Assembly (NCBI GenBank): GCA_950097015.1
Contig: CATNEN010000003.1
Span: 14,074,001-14,138,000 of the forward strand
Source: Macrostomum hystrix
Lineage: Eukaryota > Animalia > Platyhelminthes
Reading direction: 5' to 3'
Length of the DNA stretch: 64,000 nucleotides
The notes beneath the pieces are model-generated. The model did not search any database, was not told the DNA's origin, and saw nothing but the letters and a program-made list of their open reading frames with translations. Of the stretch, positions 1 to 12,419 are shown piece after piece; the first letter of the stretch is position 1, and each line of letters opens with the position of its first letter. The position numbers and the translations under genes are program-made.

Positions 1-3000
1 CAGGAACTGTTGCTAGAATCGAAGCAGGAACTGTAGCTAGAATCGAAGCAGGAACTGTAGCTAGAATCGAAGCAGGAACTGTTGCTAGAATCGAAGCAGG
101 AACTGTAGCTAGAATTGAAGCAGGAACTGTAGCTAGAATCGAAGCAGGAACTGTTGCTAGAATCGAAGCAGGAACTGCAGCTAGAATCGAAGCAGGAACT
201 GTAGCTAGAATCGAAGCAGGAACTGTTGCTAGAATCGAAGCAGGAACTGTTGCTAGAATCGAAGCAGGAACTGTTGCTAGAATCGAAGCAGGAACTGCAG
301 CTAGAATCGAAGCAGGAACTGTAGCTAGAATCGAAGCAGGAACTGTTGCTAGAATCTAAGCAGGAACTGCAGCTAGAATCGAAGCAGGAACTGCAGCTAG
401 AATCGAAGCAGGAACTGTTGCTAGAATCGAAGCAGGAACTGTTGCTAGAATCGAAGCAGGAACTGTAGCTAGAATCGAAGCAGGAACTGTTGCTAGAATC
501 GAAGCAGGAACTGTTGCTAGAATCGAAGCAGGAACTGTTGCTAGAATCGAAGCAGGAACTGTACCTAGAATCGAAGCAGGAAATGTAGCTAGAATTGAAG
601 CAGGAACTGCAGCTAGAATCCAAGCAGGAACTGTTGCTAGAATCGATGCAGGAACTGTTGCTAGAATCGAAGCAGGAACTGTAGCTAGAATCGAAGCAGG
701 AACTGCAGCTAGAATCGAAGCAGGAACTGTTGCTAGAATCGAAGCAGGAACTGTTGCTAGAATCGAAGCAGGAACTGCAGCTAGAATCGAAGCAGGAACT
801 GTAGCTAGAATCGAAGCAGGAACTGTTGCTAGAATCTAAGCAGGAACTGCAGCTAGAATCGAAGCAGGAACTGCAGCTAGAATCGAAGCAGGAACTGTTG
901 CTAGAATCGAAGCAGGAACTGTTGCTAGAATCGAAGCAGGAACTGTAGCTAGAATCGAAGCAGGAACTGTTGCTAGAATCGAAGCAGGAACTGTTGCTAG
1001 AATCGAAGCAGGAACTGTTGCTAGAATCGAAGCAGGAACTGTACCTAGAATCGAAGCAGGAAATGTAGCTAGAATTGAAGCAGGAACTGTAGCTAGAATC
1101 GAAGCAGGAACTGTTGCTAGAATCGAAGCAGGAACTGTAGCTAGAATCGAAGCAGGAACTGTTGCTAGAATCGAAGCAGGAACTGTAGCTAGAATTGAAG
1201 CAGGAACTGTTGCTAGAATCGAAGCAGGAACTGCAGCTAGAATCGAAGCAGGAACTGTTGCTAGAATCGAAGCAGGAACTGTTGCTAGAATCTAAGCAGG
1301 AACTGCAGCTAGAATCGAAGCAGGAACTGCAGCTAGAATCGAAGCAGGAACTGTTGCTAGAATCGAAGCAGGAACTGTTGCTAGAATCGAAGCAGGAACT
1401 GTAGCTAGAATCGAAGCAGGAACTGTTGCTAGAATCGAAGCAGGAACTGTTGCTAGAATCGAAGCAGGAACTGTTGCTAGAATCGAAGCAGGAACTGTAC
1501 CTAGAATCGAAGCAGGAAATGTAGCTAGAATTGAAGCAGGAACTGTAGCTAGAATCGAAGCAGGAACTGTTGCTAGAATCGAAGCAGGAACTGCAGCTAG
1601 AATCGAAGCAGGAACTGTACCTAGAATCGATGCAGGAACTGTTGCTAGAATCGAAGCAGGAACTGCAGCTAGAATCGAAGCAGGAACTGTTGCTAGAATC
1701 GAAGCAGGAACTGTTGCTAGAATCGAAGCAGGAACTGTAGCTAGAATCGAAGCAGGAACTGTTGCTAGAATCGAAGCAGGAACTGTAGCTAGAATCGAAG
1801 CAGGAACTGTTGCTAGAATCGAAGCAGGAACTGCAGCTAGAATCGAAGCAGGAACTGCAGCTAGAATCGAAGCAGGAACTGTTGCTAGAATCGAAGCAGG
1901 AACTGTTGCTAGAATCGAAGCAGGAACTGTTGCTAGAATCGAAGCAGGAACTGTAGCTAGAATCGAAGCAGGAACTGTTGCTAGAATCGAAGCAGGAACT
2001 GTTGCTAGAATCGAAGCAGGAACTGTTGCTAGAATCGAAGCAGGAACTGTTGCTAGAATCTAAGCAGGAACTGCAGCTAGAATCGAAGCAGGAACTGCAG
2101 CTAGAATCGAAGCAGGAACTGTTGCTAGAATCGATGCAGGAACTGTTGCTAGAATCGAAGCAGGAACTGTAGCTAGAATCGAAGCAGGAACTGTTGCTAG
2201 AATCGAAGCAGGAACTGTAGCTAGAATCGAAGCAGGAACTGTTGCTAGAATCGAAGCAGGAACTGCAGCTAGAATCGAAGCAGGAACTGCAGCTAGAATC
2301 GAAGCAGGAACTGTTGCTAGAATCGAAGCAGGAACTGTTGCTAGAATCGAAGCAGGAACTGTTGCTAGAATCGAAGCAGGAACTGTAGCTAGAATCGAAG
2401 CAGGAACTGTTGCTAGAATCGAAGCAGGAACTGTTGCTAGAATCGAAGCAGGAACTGTTGCTAGAATCGAAGCAGGAACTGTACCTAGAATCGAAGCAGG
2501 AAATGTAGCTAGAATCGAAGCAGGAACTGTAGCTAGAATCGAAGCAGGAACTGTTGCTAGAATCGAAGCAGGAACTGTTGCTAGAATCGAAGCAGGAACT
2601 GCAGCTAGAATCGAAGCAGGAACTGTAGCTAGAATCGAAGCAGGAACTGTTGCTAGAATCGATGCAGGAACTGTTGCTAGAATCGAAGCAGGAACTGTAG
2701 CTAGAATCGAAGCAGGAACTGTTGCTAGAATCGAAGCAGGAACTGTTGCTAGAATCGAAGCAGGAACTGTTGCTAGAATCGAAGCAGGAACTGTTGCTAG
2801 AATCGAAGCAGGAACTGTACCTAGAATCGAAGCAGGAAATGTAGCTAGAATCGAAGCAGGAACTGTAGCTAGAATCGAAGCAGGAACTGTTGCTAGAATC
2901 GAAGCAGGAACTGTTGCTAGAATCGAAGCAGGAACTGCAGCTAGAATCGAAGCAGGAACTGTAGCTAGAATCGAAGCAGGAACTGTTGCTAGAATTGAAG

Positions 3001-6000
3001 CAGGAACTGTAGCTAGAATCGAAGCAGGAACTGTTGCTAGAATCGAAGCAGGAACTGCAGCTAGAATCGAAGCAGGAACTGTTGCTAGAATCGAAGCAGG
3101 AACTGTTGCTAGAATCGAAGCAGGAACTGTTGCTAGAATCGAAGCAGGAACTGTTGCTAGAATCGAAGCAGGAACTGCAGCTAGAATCGAAGCAGGAACT
3201 GTAGCTAGAATCGAAGCAGGAACTGTTGCTAGAATCGAAGCAGGAACTGCAGCTAGAATCGAAGCAGGAACTGTACCTAGAATCGAAGCAGGAACTGTAG
3301 CTAGAATCGAAGCAGGAACTGTTGCTAGAATCGATGCAGGAACTGTTGCTAGAATCGAAGCAGGAACTGTTGCTAGAATCGAAGCAGGAACTGCAGCTAG
3401 AATCGAAGCAGGAACTGTTGCTAGAATCGAAGCAGGAACTGTAGCTAGAATCGAAGCAGGAACTGTTGCTAGAATCGAAGCAGGAACTGTAGCTAGAATC
3501 GAAGCAGGAACTGTTGCTAGAATCGAAGCAGGAACTGTTGCTAGAATCGAAGCAGGAACTGTTGCTAGAATCGAAGCAGGAACTGTTGCTAGAATCGAAG
3601 CAGGAACTGTTGCTAGAATCGAAGCAGGAACTGCAGCTAGAATCGAAGCAGGAACTGTAGCTAGAATCGAAGCAGGAACTGTTGCTAGAATCGAAGCAGG
3701 AACTGCAGCTAGAATCGAAGCAGGAACTGTACCTAGAATCGAAGCAGGAACTGTAGCTAGAATCGAAGCAGGAACTGTTGCTAGAATCGATGCAGGAACT
3801 GTTGCTAGAATCGAAGCAGGAACTGTAGCTAGAATCGAAGCAGGAACTGTTGCTAGAATCGAAGCAGGAACTGTAGCTAGAATCGAAGCAGGAACTGTTG
3901 CTAGAATCGAAGCAGGAACTGCAGCTAGAATCGAAGCAGGAACTGCAGCTAGAATCGAAGCAGGAACTGTTGCTAGAATCGAAGCAGGAACTGTTGCTAG
4001 AATCGAAGCAGGAACTGTTGCTAGAATCGAAGCAGGAACTGTAGCTAGAATCGAAGCAGGAACTGTTGCTAGAATCGAAGCAGGAACTGTAGCTAGAATC
4101 GAAGCAGGAACTGTTGCTAGAATCGAAGCAGGAACTGTTGCTAGAATCGAAGCAGGAACTGTTGCTAGAATCGAAGCAGGAACTGTTGCTAGAATCGAAG
4201 CAGGAACTGTACCTAGAATCGAAGCAGGAAATGTAGCTAGAATCGAAGCAGGAACTGTAGCTAGAATCGAAGCAGGAACTGTTGCTAGAATCGAAGCAGG
4301 AACTGTTGCTAGAATCGAAGCAGGAACTGCAGCTAGAATCGAAGCAGGAACTGTAGCTAGAATCGAAGCAGGAACTGTTGCTAGAATTGAAGCAGGAACT
4401 GTAGCTAGAATCGAAGCAGGAACTGTTGCTAGAATCGAAGCAGGAACTGCAGCTAGAATCGAAGCAGGAACTGTTGCTAGAATCGAAGCAGGAACTGTAG
4501 CTAGAATCGAAGCAGGAACTGTTGCTAGAATCGAAGCAGGAACTGTTGCTAGAATCGAAGCAGGAACTGCAGCTAGAATCGAAGCAGGAACTGTAGCTAG
4601 AATCGAAGCAGGAACTGTTGCTAGAATCGAAGCAGGAACTGCAGCTAGAATCGAAGCAGGAACTGTACCTAGAATCGAAGCAGGAACTGTAGCTAGAATC
4701 GAAGCAGGAACTGTTGCTAGAATCGATGCAGGAACTGTTGCTAGAATCGAAGCAGGAACTGTAGCTAGAATCGAAGCAGGAACTGTTGCTAGAATCGAAG
4801 CAGGAACTGTAGCTAGAATCGAAGCAGGAACTGTTGCTAGAATCGAAGCAGGAACTGCAGCTAGAATCGAAGCAGGAACTGCAGCTAGAATCGAAGCAGG
4901 AACTGTTGCTAGAATCGAAGCAGGAACTGTTGCTAGAATCGAAGCAGGAACTGTTGCTAGAATCGAAGCAGGAACTGTAGCTAGAATCGAAGCAGGAACT
5001 GTTGCTAGAATCGAAGCAGGAACTGTTGCTAGAATCGAAGCAGGAACTGTTGCTAGAATCGAAGCAGGAACTGTACCTAGAATCGAAGCAGGAAATGTAG
5101 CTAGAATCGAAGCAGGAACTGTAGCTAGAATCGAAGCAGGAACTGTTGCTAGAATCGAAGCAGGAACTGTTGCTAGAATCGAAGCAGGAACTGCAGCTAG
5201 AATCGAAGCAGGAACTGTAGCTAGAATCGAAGCAGGAACTGTTGCTAGAATCGATGCAGGAACTGTTGCTAGAATCGAAGCAGGAACTGTAGCTAGAATC
5301 GAAGCAGGAACTGTTGCTAGAATCGAAGCAGGAACTGTTGCTAGAATCGAAGCAGGAACTGTAGCTAGAATTGAAGCAGGAACTGTAGCTAGAATCGAAG
5401 CAGGAACTGTTGCTAGAATCGAAGCAGGAACTGTACCTAGAATCGATGCAGGAACTGTTGCTAGAATCGAAGCAGGAACTGTAGCTAGAATCGAAGCAGG
5501 AACTGTTGCTAGAATCGAAGCAGGAACTGTAGCTAGAATTGAAGCAGGAACTGTAGCTAGAATCGAAGCAGGAACTGTTGCTAGAATCGAAGCAGGAACT
5601 GTTGCTAGAATCGAAGCAGGAACTGTTGCTAGAATCGAAGCAGGAACTGTTGCTAGAATCGAAGCAGGAACTGTTGCTAGAATCGAAGCAGGAACTGTTG
5701 CTAGAATCTAAGCAGGAACTGCAGCTAGAATCGAAGCAGGAACTGCAGCTAGAATCGAAGCAGGAACTGTTGCTAGAATCGAAGCAGGAACTGTTGCTAG
5801 AATCGAAGCAGGAACTGTAGCTAGAATCGAAGCAGGAACTGTTGCTAGAATCGAAGCAGGAACTGTTGCTAGAATCGAAGCAGGAACTGTTGCTAGAATC
5901 GAAGCAGGAACTGTACCTAGAATCGAAGCAGGAAATGTAGCTAGAATTGAAGCAGGAACTGTAGCTAGAATCGAAGCAGGAACTGTTGCTAGAATCGAAG

Positions 6001-9000
6001 CAGGAACTGCAGCTAGAATCGAAGCAGGAACTGTACCTAGAATCGATGCAGGAACTGTTGCTAGAATCGAAGCAGGAACTGTAGCTAGAATCGAAGCAGG
6101 AACTGTTGCTAGAATCGAAGCAGGAACTGTAGCTAGAATTGAAGCAGGAACTGTAGCTAGAATCGAAGCAGGAACTGTTGCTAGAATCGAAGCAGGAACT
6201 GTTGCTAGAATCGAAGCAGGAACTGTTGCTAGAATCGAAGCAGGAACTGTTGCTAGAATCGAAGCAGGAACTGTAGCTAGAATTGAAGCAGGAACTGTAG
6301 CTAGAATCGAAGCAGGAACTGTTGCTAGAATCGAAGCAGGAACTGCAGCTAGAATCGAAGCAGGAACTGTTGCTAGAATCGAAGCAGGAACTGTAGCTAG
6401 AATCGAAGCAGGAACTGTAGCTAGAATCGAAGCAGGAACTGTTGCTAGAATCGAAGCAGGAACTGTAGCTAGAATTGAAGCAGGAACTGTAGCTAGAATC
6501 GAAGCAGGAACTGTTGCTAGAATCGAAGCAGGAACTGCAGCTAGAATCGAAGCAGGAACTGTAGCTAGAATCGAAGCAGGAACTGTTGCTAGAATCGAAG
6601 CAGGAACTGTTGCTAGAATCGAAGCAGGAACTGTTGCTAGAATCGAAGCAGGAACTGCAGCTAGAATCGAAGCAGGAACTGTAGCTAGAATCGAAGCAGG
6701 AACTGTTGCTAGAATCTAAGCAGGAACTGCAGCTAGAATCGAAGCAGGAACTGCAGCTAGAATCGAAGCAGGAACTGTTGCTAGAATCGAAGCAGGAACT
6801 GTTGCTAGAATCGAAGCAGGAACTGTTGCTAGAATCGAAGCAGGAACTGTTGCTAGAATCGAAGCAGGAACTGTTGCTAGAATCGAAGCAGGAACTGTTG
6901 CTAGAATCGAAGCAGGAACTGTACCTAGAATCGAAGCAGGAAATGTAGCTAGAATTGAAGCAGGAACTGTAGCTAGAATCGAAGCAGGAACTGTTGCTAG
7001 AATCGAAGCAGGAACTGTAGCTAGAATCGAAGCAGGAACTGTTGCTAGAATCGAAGCAGGAACTGTAGCTAGAATTGAAGCAGGAACTGCAGCTAGAATC
7101 CAAGCAGGAACTGTTGCTAGAATCGATGCAGGAACTGTTGCTAGAATCGAAGCAGGAACTGTAGCTAGAATCGAAGCAGGAACTGTTGCTAGAATCGAAG
7201 CAGGAACTGTTGCTAGAATCGAAGCAGGAACTGTAGCTAGAATTGAAGCAGGAACTGTAGCTAGAATCGAAGCAGGAACTGTTGCTAGAATCGAAGCAGG
7301 AACTGCAGCTAGAATCGAAGCAGGAACTGTTGCTAGAATCGATGCAGGAACTGTTGCTAGAATCGAAGCAGGAACTGTAGCTAGAATCGAAGCAGGAACT
7401 GTTGCTAGAATCGAAGCAGGAACTGTTGCTAGAATCGAAGCAGGAACTGTAGCTAGAATTGAAGCAGGAACTGTAGCTAGAATCGAAGCAGGAACTGTTG
7501 CTAGAATCGAAGCAGGAACTGCAGCTAGAATCGAAGCAGGAACTGTAGCTAGAATCGAAGCAGGAACTGTTGCTAGAATCGAAGCAGGAACTGTTGCTAG
7601 AATCGAAGCAGGAACTGTTGCTAGAATCGAAGCAGGAACTGCAGCTAGAATCGAAGCAGGAACTGTAGCTAGAATCGAAGCAGGAACTGTTGCTAGAATC
7701 TAAGCAGGAACTGCAGCTAGAATCGAAGCAGGAACTGCAGCTAGAATCGAAGCAGGAACTGTTGCTAGAATCGAAGCAGGAACTGTTGCTAGAATCGAAG
7801 CAGGAACTGTAGCTAGAATTGAAGCAGGAACTGTAGCTAGAATCGAAGCAGGAACTGTTGCTAGAATCGAAGCAGGAACTGCAGCTAGAATCGAAGCAGG
7901 AACTGTTGCTAGAATCGAAGCAGGAACTGTTGCTAGAATCGAAGCAGGAACTGTTGCTAGAATCGAAGCAGGAACTGTTGCTAGAATCGAAGCAGGAACT
8001 GTTGCTAGAATCGAAGCAGGAACTGTACCTAGAATCGAAGCAGGAAATGTAGCTAGAATTGAAGCAGGAACTGTAGCTAGAATCGAAGCAGGAACTGTTG
8101 CTAGAATCGAAGCAGGAACTGTAGCTAGAATCGAAGCAGGAACTGTTGCTAGAATCGAAGCAGGAACTGTAGCTAGAATTGAAGCAGGAACTGCAGCTAG
8201 AATCCAAGCAGGAACTGTTGCTAGAATCGATGCAGGAACTGTTGCTAGAATCGAAGCAGGAACTGTAGCTAGAATCGAAGCAGGAACTGTTGCTAGAATC
8301 GAAGCAGGAACTGTTGCTAGAATCGAAGCAGGAACTGTAGCTAGAATTGAAGCAGGAACTGTAGCTAGAATCGAAGCAGGAACTGTTGCTAGAATCGAAG
8401 CAGGAACTGCAGCTAGAATCGAAGCAGGAACTGTTGCTAGAATCGATGCAGGAACTGTTGCTAGAATCGAAGCAGGAACTGTAGCTAGAATCGAAGCAGG
8501 AACTGTTGCTAGAATCGAAGCAGGAACTGTTGCTAGAATCGAAGCAGGAACTGTAGCTAGAATTGAAGCAGGAACTGTAGCTAGAATCGAAGCAGGAACT
8601 GTTGCTAGAATCGAAGCAGGAACTGCAGCTAGAATCGAAGCAGGAACTGTAGCTAGAATCGAAGCAGGAACTGTTGCTAGAATCGAAGCAGGAACTGTTG
8701 CTAGAATCGAAGCAGGAACTGTAGCTAGAATCGAAGCAGGAACTGCAGCTAGAATCGAAGCAGGAACTGTAGCTAGAATCGAAGCAGGAACTGTTGCTAG
8801 AATCTAAGCAGGAACTGCAGCTAGAATCGAAGCAGGAACTGCAGCTAGAATCGAAGCAGGAACTGTTGCTAGAATCGAAGCAGGAACTGTTGCTAGAATC
8901 GAAGCAGGAACTGTAGCTAGAATCGAAGCAGGAACTGTTGCTAGAATCGAAGCAGGAACTGTTGCTAGAATCGAAGCAGGAACTGTTGCTAGAATCGAAG

Positions 9001-10399
9001 CAGGAACTGTACCTAGAATCGAAGCAGGAAATGTAGCTAGAATTGAAGCAGGAACTGTAGCTAGAATCGAAGCAGGAACTGTTGCTAGAATCGAAGCAGG
9101 AACTGCAGCTAGAATCGAAGCAGGAACTGTACCTAGAATCGATGCAGGAACTGTTGCTAGAATCGAAGCAGGAACTGTAGCTAGAATCGAAGCAGGAACT
9201 GTTGCTAGAATCGAAGCAGGAACTGTAGCTAGAATTGAAGCAGGAACTGTAGCTAGAATCGAAGCAGGAACTGTTGCTAGAATCGAAGCAGGAACTGCAG
9301 CTAGAATCGAAGCAGGAACTGTTGCTAGAATCGAAGCAGGAACTGTTGCTAGAATCGAAGCAGGAACTGTAGCTAGAATCGAAGCAGGAACTGTTGCTAG
9401 AATCGAAGCAGGAACTGTTGCTAGAATCGAAGCAGGAACTGTTGCTAGAATCGAAGCAGGAACTGTAGCTAGAATCGAAGCAGGAACTGTTGCTAGAATC
9501 GAAGCAGGAACTGTAGCTAGAATTGAAGCAGGAACTGTAGCTAGAATCGAAGCAGGAACTGTTGCTAGAATCGAAGCAGGAACTGCAGCTAGAATCGAAG
9601 CAGGAACTGTTGCTAGAATCGAAGCAGGAACTGTAGCTAGAATCGAAGCAGGAACTGTAGCTAGAATCGAAGCAGGAACTGTTGCTAGAATCGAAGCAGG
9701 AACTGTTGCTAGAATCGAAGCAGGAACTGTTGCTAGAATCGAAGCAGGAACTGTTGCTAGAATCGAAGCAGGAACTGTTGCTAGAATCTAAGCAGGAACT
9801 GCAGCTAGAATCGAAGCAGGAACTGCAGCTAGAATCGAAGCAGGAACTGTTGCTAGAATCGAAGCAGGAACTGTTGCTAGAATCGAAGCACAAACTGTAG
9901 CTATAGGATCAAAGCAAAAACTTTAGCTAGAATTAAAGTAGAGAATGTAGCTAGAATCGAAGCGGGAACTGTACCTAGAATCTAAGCAGGAACTGCAGCT
10001 AGAATCGAAGCAGGAACTGTACCTAGAATCGAAGCAGGAAATGTAGCTAGAATTGAAGCAGGAACTGTAGCTAGAATCGAAGCAGGAACTGTTGCTAGAA
10101 TCGAAGCAGGAACTGCAGCTAGAATCGAAGCAGGAACTGCAGCTAGAATCGAAGCAGGAACTGTTGCTAGAATCGAAGCAGGAACTGTTGCTAGAATCGA
10201 AGCAGGAACTGTTGCTAGAATCGAAGCAGGAACTGTAGCTAGAATCTAAGCAGGAACTGTAGCTAGAATCGAAGCAGGAACTGTTGCTAGAATCGAAGCA
10301 GGAACTGCAGCTAGAATCGAAGCAGGAACTGTAGCTAGAATCGAAGCAGGAACTGTAGCTAGAATCGAAGCAGGAACTGCAGCTAGAATCGAAGCAGGG
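1..10399. repeat. 24-bp tandem satellite (CTAGAATCGAAGCAGGAACTGTTG), >430 copies, runs off the window start; intronic in the FMO gene
   Basis: Exact 24-bp period; variation mostly at one triplet (TTG/TAG/CAG/TAC); short degenerate patch at ~9890-9975; ends ~28 bp before the TTTCAG acceptor at 10427. Confidence 0.98.
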
Positions 10400-10427
10400 A
10401 ATGTATGATTTAACATTTAAATTTCAG

Positions 10428-10628
10428 GTCGTTGGAGCAAGTATAACCTGAAGTCCAAAGTGAATTTCTTGCACTCGGTTCAGTCTGTCACTTTTGATCC
10501 CAATCGGGATAAATTTACAGTCGTAGTGAAGGATTTAAAGCAAAATGAGGTTCTTGAAGCGGCAGAATTCGACTTCGTTGTCAATTGTACTGGACATTTT
10601 TCAACACCAAACGTGCCGTACTTCAAAG
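10428..10628 (+). CDS. FMO: FMO / trimethylamine monooxygenase-like, internal exon A (5' exons outside the window)
   Basis: TTTCAG acceptor, G|GTAAAG donor, phase 1/1; translates (G)RWSKYNLKSKVNFLHSV...EFDFVVNCTGHFSTPNVPYFK(G), the CTGHFSxP motif of bacterial-type FMOs. Confidence 0.92.
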
Positions 10629-10759
10629 GTAAAGTTGCTTTCGTTCTTTTTTTCTGAAAAAGTTTTTTAATTATGCATTATTATTCGTCGTGAAATAAAT
10701 ATTGAAAAGCAACAGTTTTGATGCTTTCCAATATAATATGTCGTACTCATAGAGGTATA

Positions 10760-11490
10760 ACATCCTCCCACGCACTCACCCATCCTCCCACGCACTCGCC
10801 AATCCTCCCACGCACTCACCCATCCTCCCACGCACTCGCCAATCCTCCCACGCACTCACCCATCCTCCCACGCACTCGCCCATCCTCCCACGCACTCGCC
10901 CATCCTCCCACGCACTCGCCAATCCTCCCACGCACTCACCCATCCCCCACGCACTCACCCATCCCCCACGCACTCACCCATCCTCCCACGCACTCGCCAA
11001 TCCTCCCACGCACTCGCCAATCCTCCCACGCACTCGCCCATCCTCCCACGCACTCGCCAATCCTCCCACGCAGTCACCCATCCTCCCACGCACTCACCCA
11101 TCCTCCCACGCACTCGCCAATCCTCCCACGCACTCGCCCATCCTCCCACGCACTCGCCCATCCCCCACGCACTCGCCAATCCTCCCACGCACTCACCCAT
11201 CCTCCCACGCACTCGCCAATCCTCCCACGCACTCACCCATCCCCCACGCACTCACCCATCCCCCACGCACTCACCCATCCTCCCACGCACTCGCCAATCC
11301 TCCCACGCACTCACCCATCCTCCCACGCACTCGCCAATCCTCCCACGCACTCGCCAATCCTCCCACGCACTCACCCATCCCCCACGCACTCACCCATCCC
11401 CCACGCACTCACCCATCCTCCCACGCACTCGCCAATCCTCCCACGCACTCACCCATCCTCCCACGCACTCGCCAATCCTCCCACGCTCTC
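10760..11490. repeat. ~20-bp C-rich minisatellite (CATCCTCCCACGCACTC[A/G]CC) in an FMO intron
   Basis: Tandem 19-20-bp units filling most of intron 10629-11504. Confidence 0.95.
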
Positions 11491-11504
11491 TCCCACCTGA
11501 ACAG

Positions 11505-11785
11505 GCATAGAGGCGTTCCCAGGCCGAGTGCTTCACACTCACGACCTGCGCAGCTGGCAAGAGTTCTCCGGCAAGCGGTTGCTCATCATTGGTAGCAGCT
11601 ACTCAGCCGAGGATTCCGCGCTGCAGGCGATGAAATTTGGCGCAGTCAGCGCAGTTTGCAGCTACAGGTCCAGGCCAATGGGATTTCGCTGGCCGGCCGG
11701 CGTGTCAGAGCGTCCTCTGGTGACGGAGGTTGGAGGCGACGAGCTGGGAGGCTGGGCACGTTTCGCTGACGGCTCCGAGGAGAAG
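11505..11785 (+). CDS. FMO: FMO/Tmm-like exon B (FMO-identifying motif and NADPH-binding motif)
   Basis: ACAG acceptor, phase 1; IEAFPGRVLHTHDLR (FxGxxxHxxx) and LIIGSSYSAED; YRSRPMGFRWP...FADGSEEK; donor AAG|GTTGCC. Confidence 0.92.
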
Positions 11786-12064
11786 GTTGCCATTTGGTGC
11801 TTTTTTTAGTTTTGACTCTTTTTTTTACTTTTAAGCTACTTCAAGTAGTGAGTAGTAAAATGCAATACAAAAAACTGCGCATCATTGGCAAAAACTAGCT
11901 CCGCAGTGATTTTATTTGCGACTGCTTTTAGGTTTCTAATATTCTAGCTGCGGATTTCTGCTTCGATTCTTGTTTTTTGTTTGCTCGCTTAACTCTAGCT
12001 ACTGTTCTTATAGAGTTCTTATTAAAAAGGGCATCTAAAGGCAGTTTCCACTAAAATTGCTCAG

Positions 12065-12351
12065 ATCGATTGCATCATCCTAGCAACCGGTTATCTCCAT
12101 CACTATCCCTACCTGGCTGAGTCTCTGCGACTTCGCGGCTCGAATCTGCTGTATCCGGGCAATCTGTACAAGGGCACTGTCTGGCTAACAGCCGGTAATC
12201 ACCGACTGCTGTACCTGGGTGCCCAGGATCAGTACTACACCTATACTATGTTTGATGCTCAGGCTGTGTGGGCTGTTCGCTACCTGACTGGTGCCATTAA
12301 GCTGCCAAGCAATGCGGAGATGAATGCTGATGTGGAAAAATGGTTGGAGAG
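12065..12351 (+). CDS. FMO: FMO/Tmm-like exon C (absent from the ORF track)
   Basis: CTCAG acceptor, phase 0; IDCIILATGYLHHYPYLAESLRL...NLYKGTVW...YLGAQDQYYTYTMFDAQAVWA...EMNADVEKWLE(R); donor AG|GTGAGA. Confidence 0.93.
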
Positions 12352-12419
12352 GTGAGAACTAATGGGAACCTTATAATATGAGTTGTCTAGATCCTTCTCA
12401 GGTGGGAACATAATTATCA

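Noticed and set aside
1195-9900. LESKQEL-repeat ORFs resembling a coiled-coil protein
   Set aside because: Translations of the 24-bp satellite, broken by frequent TAG variants; located in an intron
1-10399. CRISPR-like array
   Set aside because: Head-to-tail repeats with no unique spacers, no cas genes, eukaryotic context; the same applies to all other arrays
10718-11500. 260-aa Pro/His-rich ORF
   Set aside because: Read-through of the intronic 20-bp repeat
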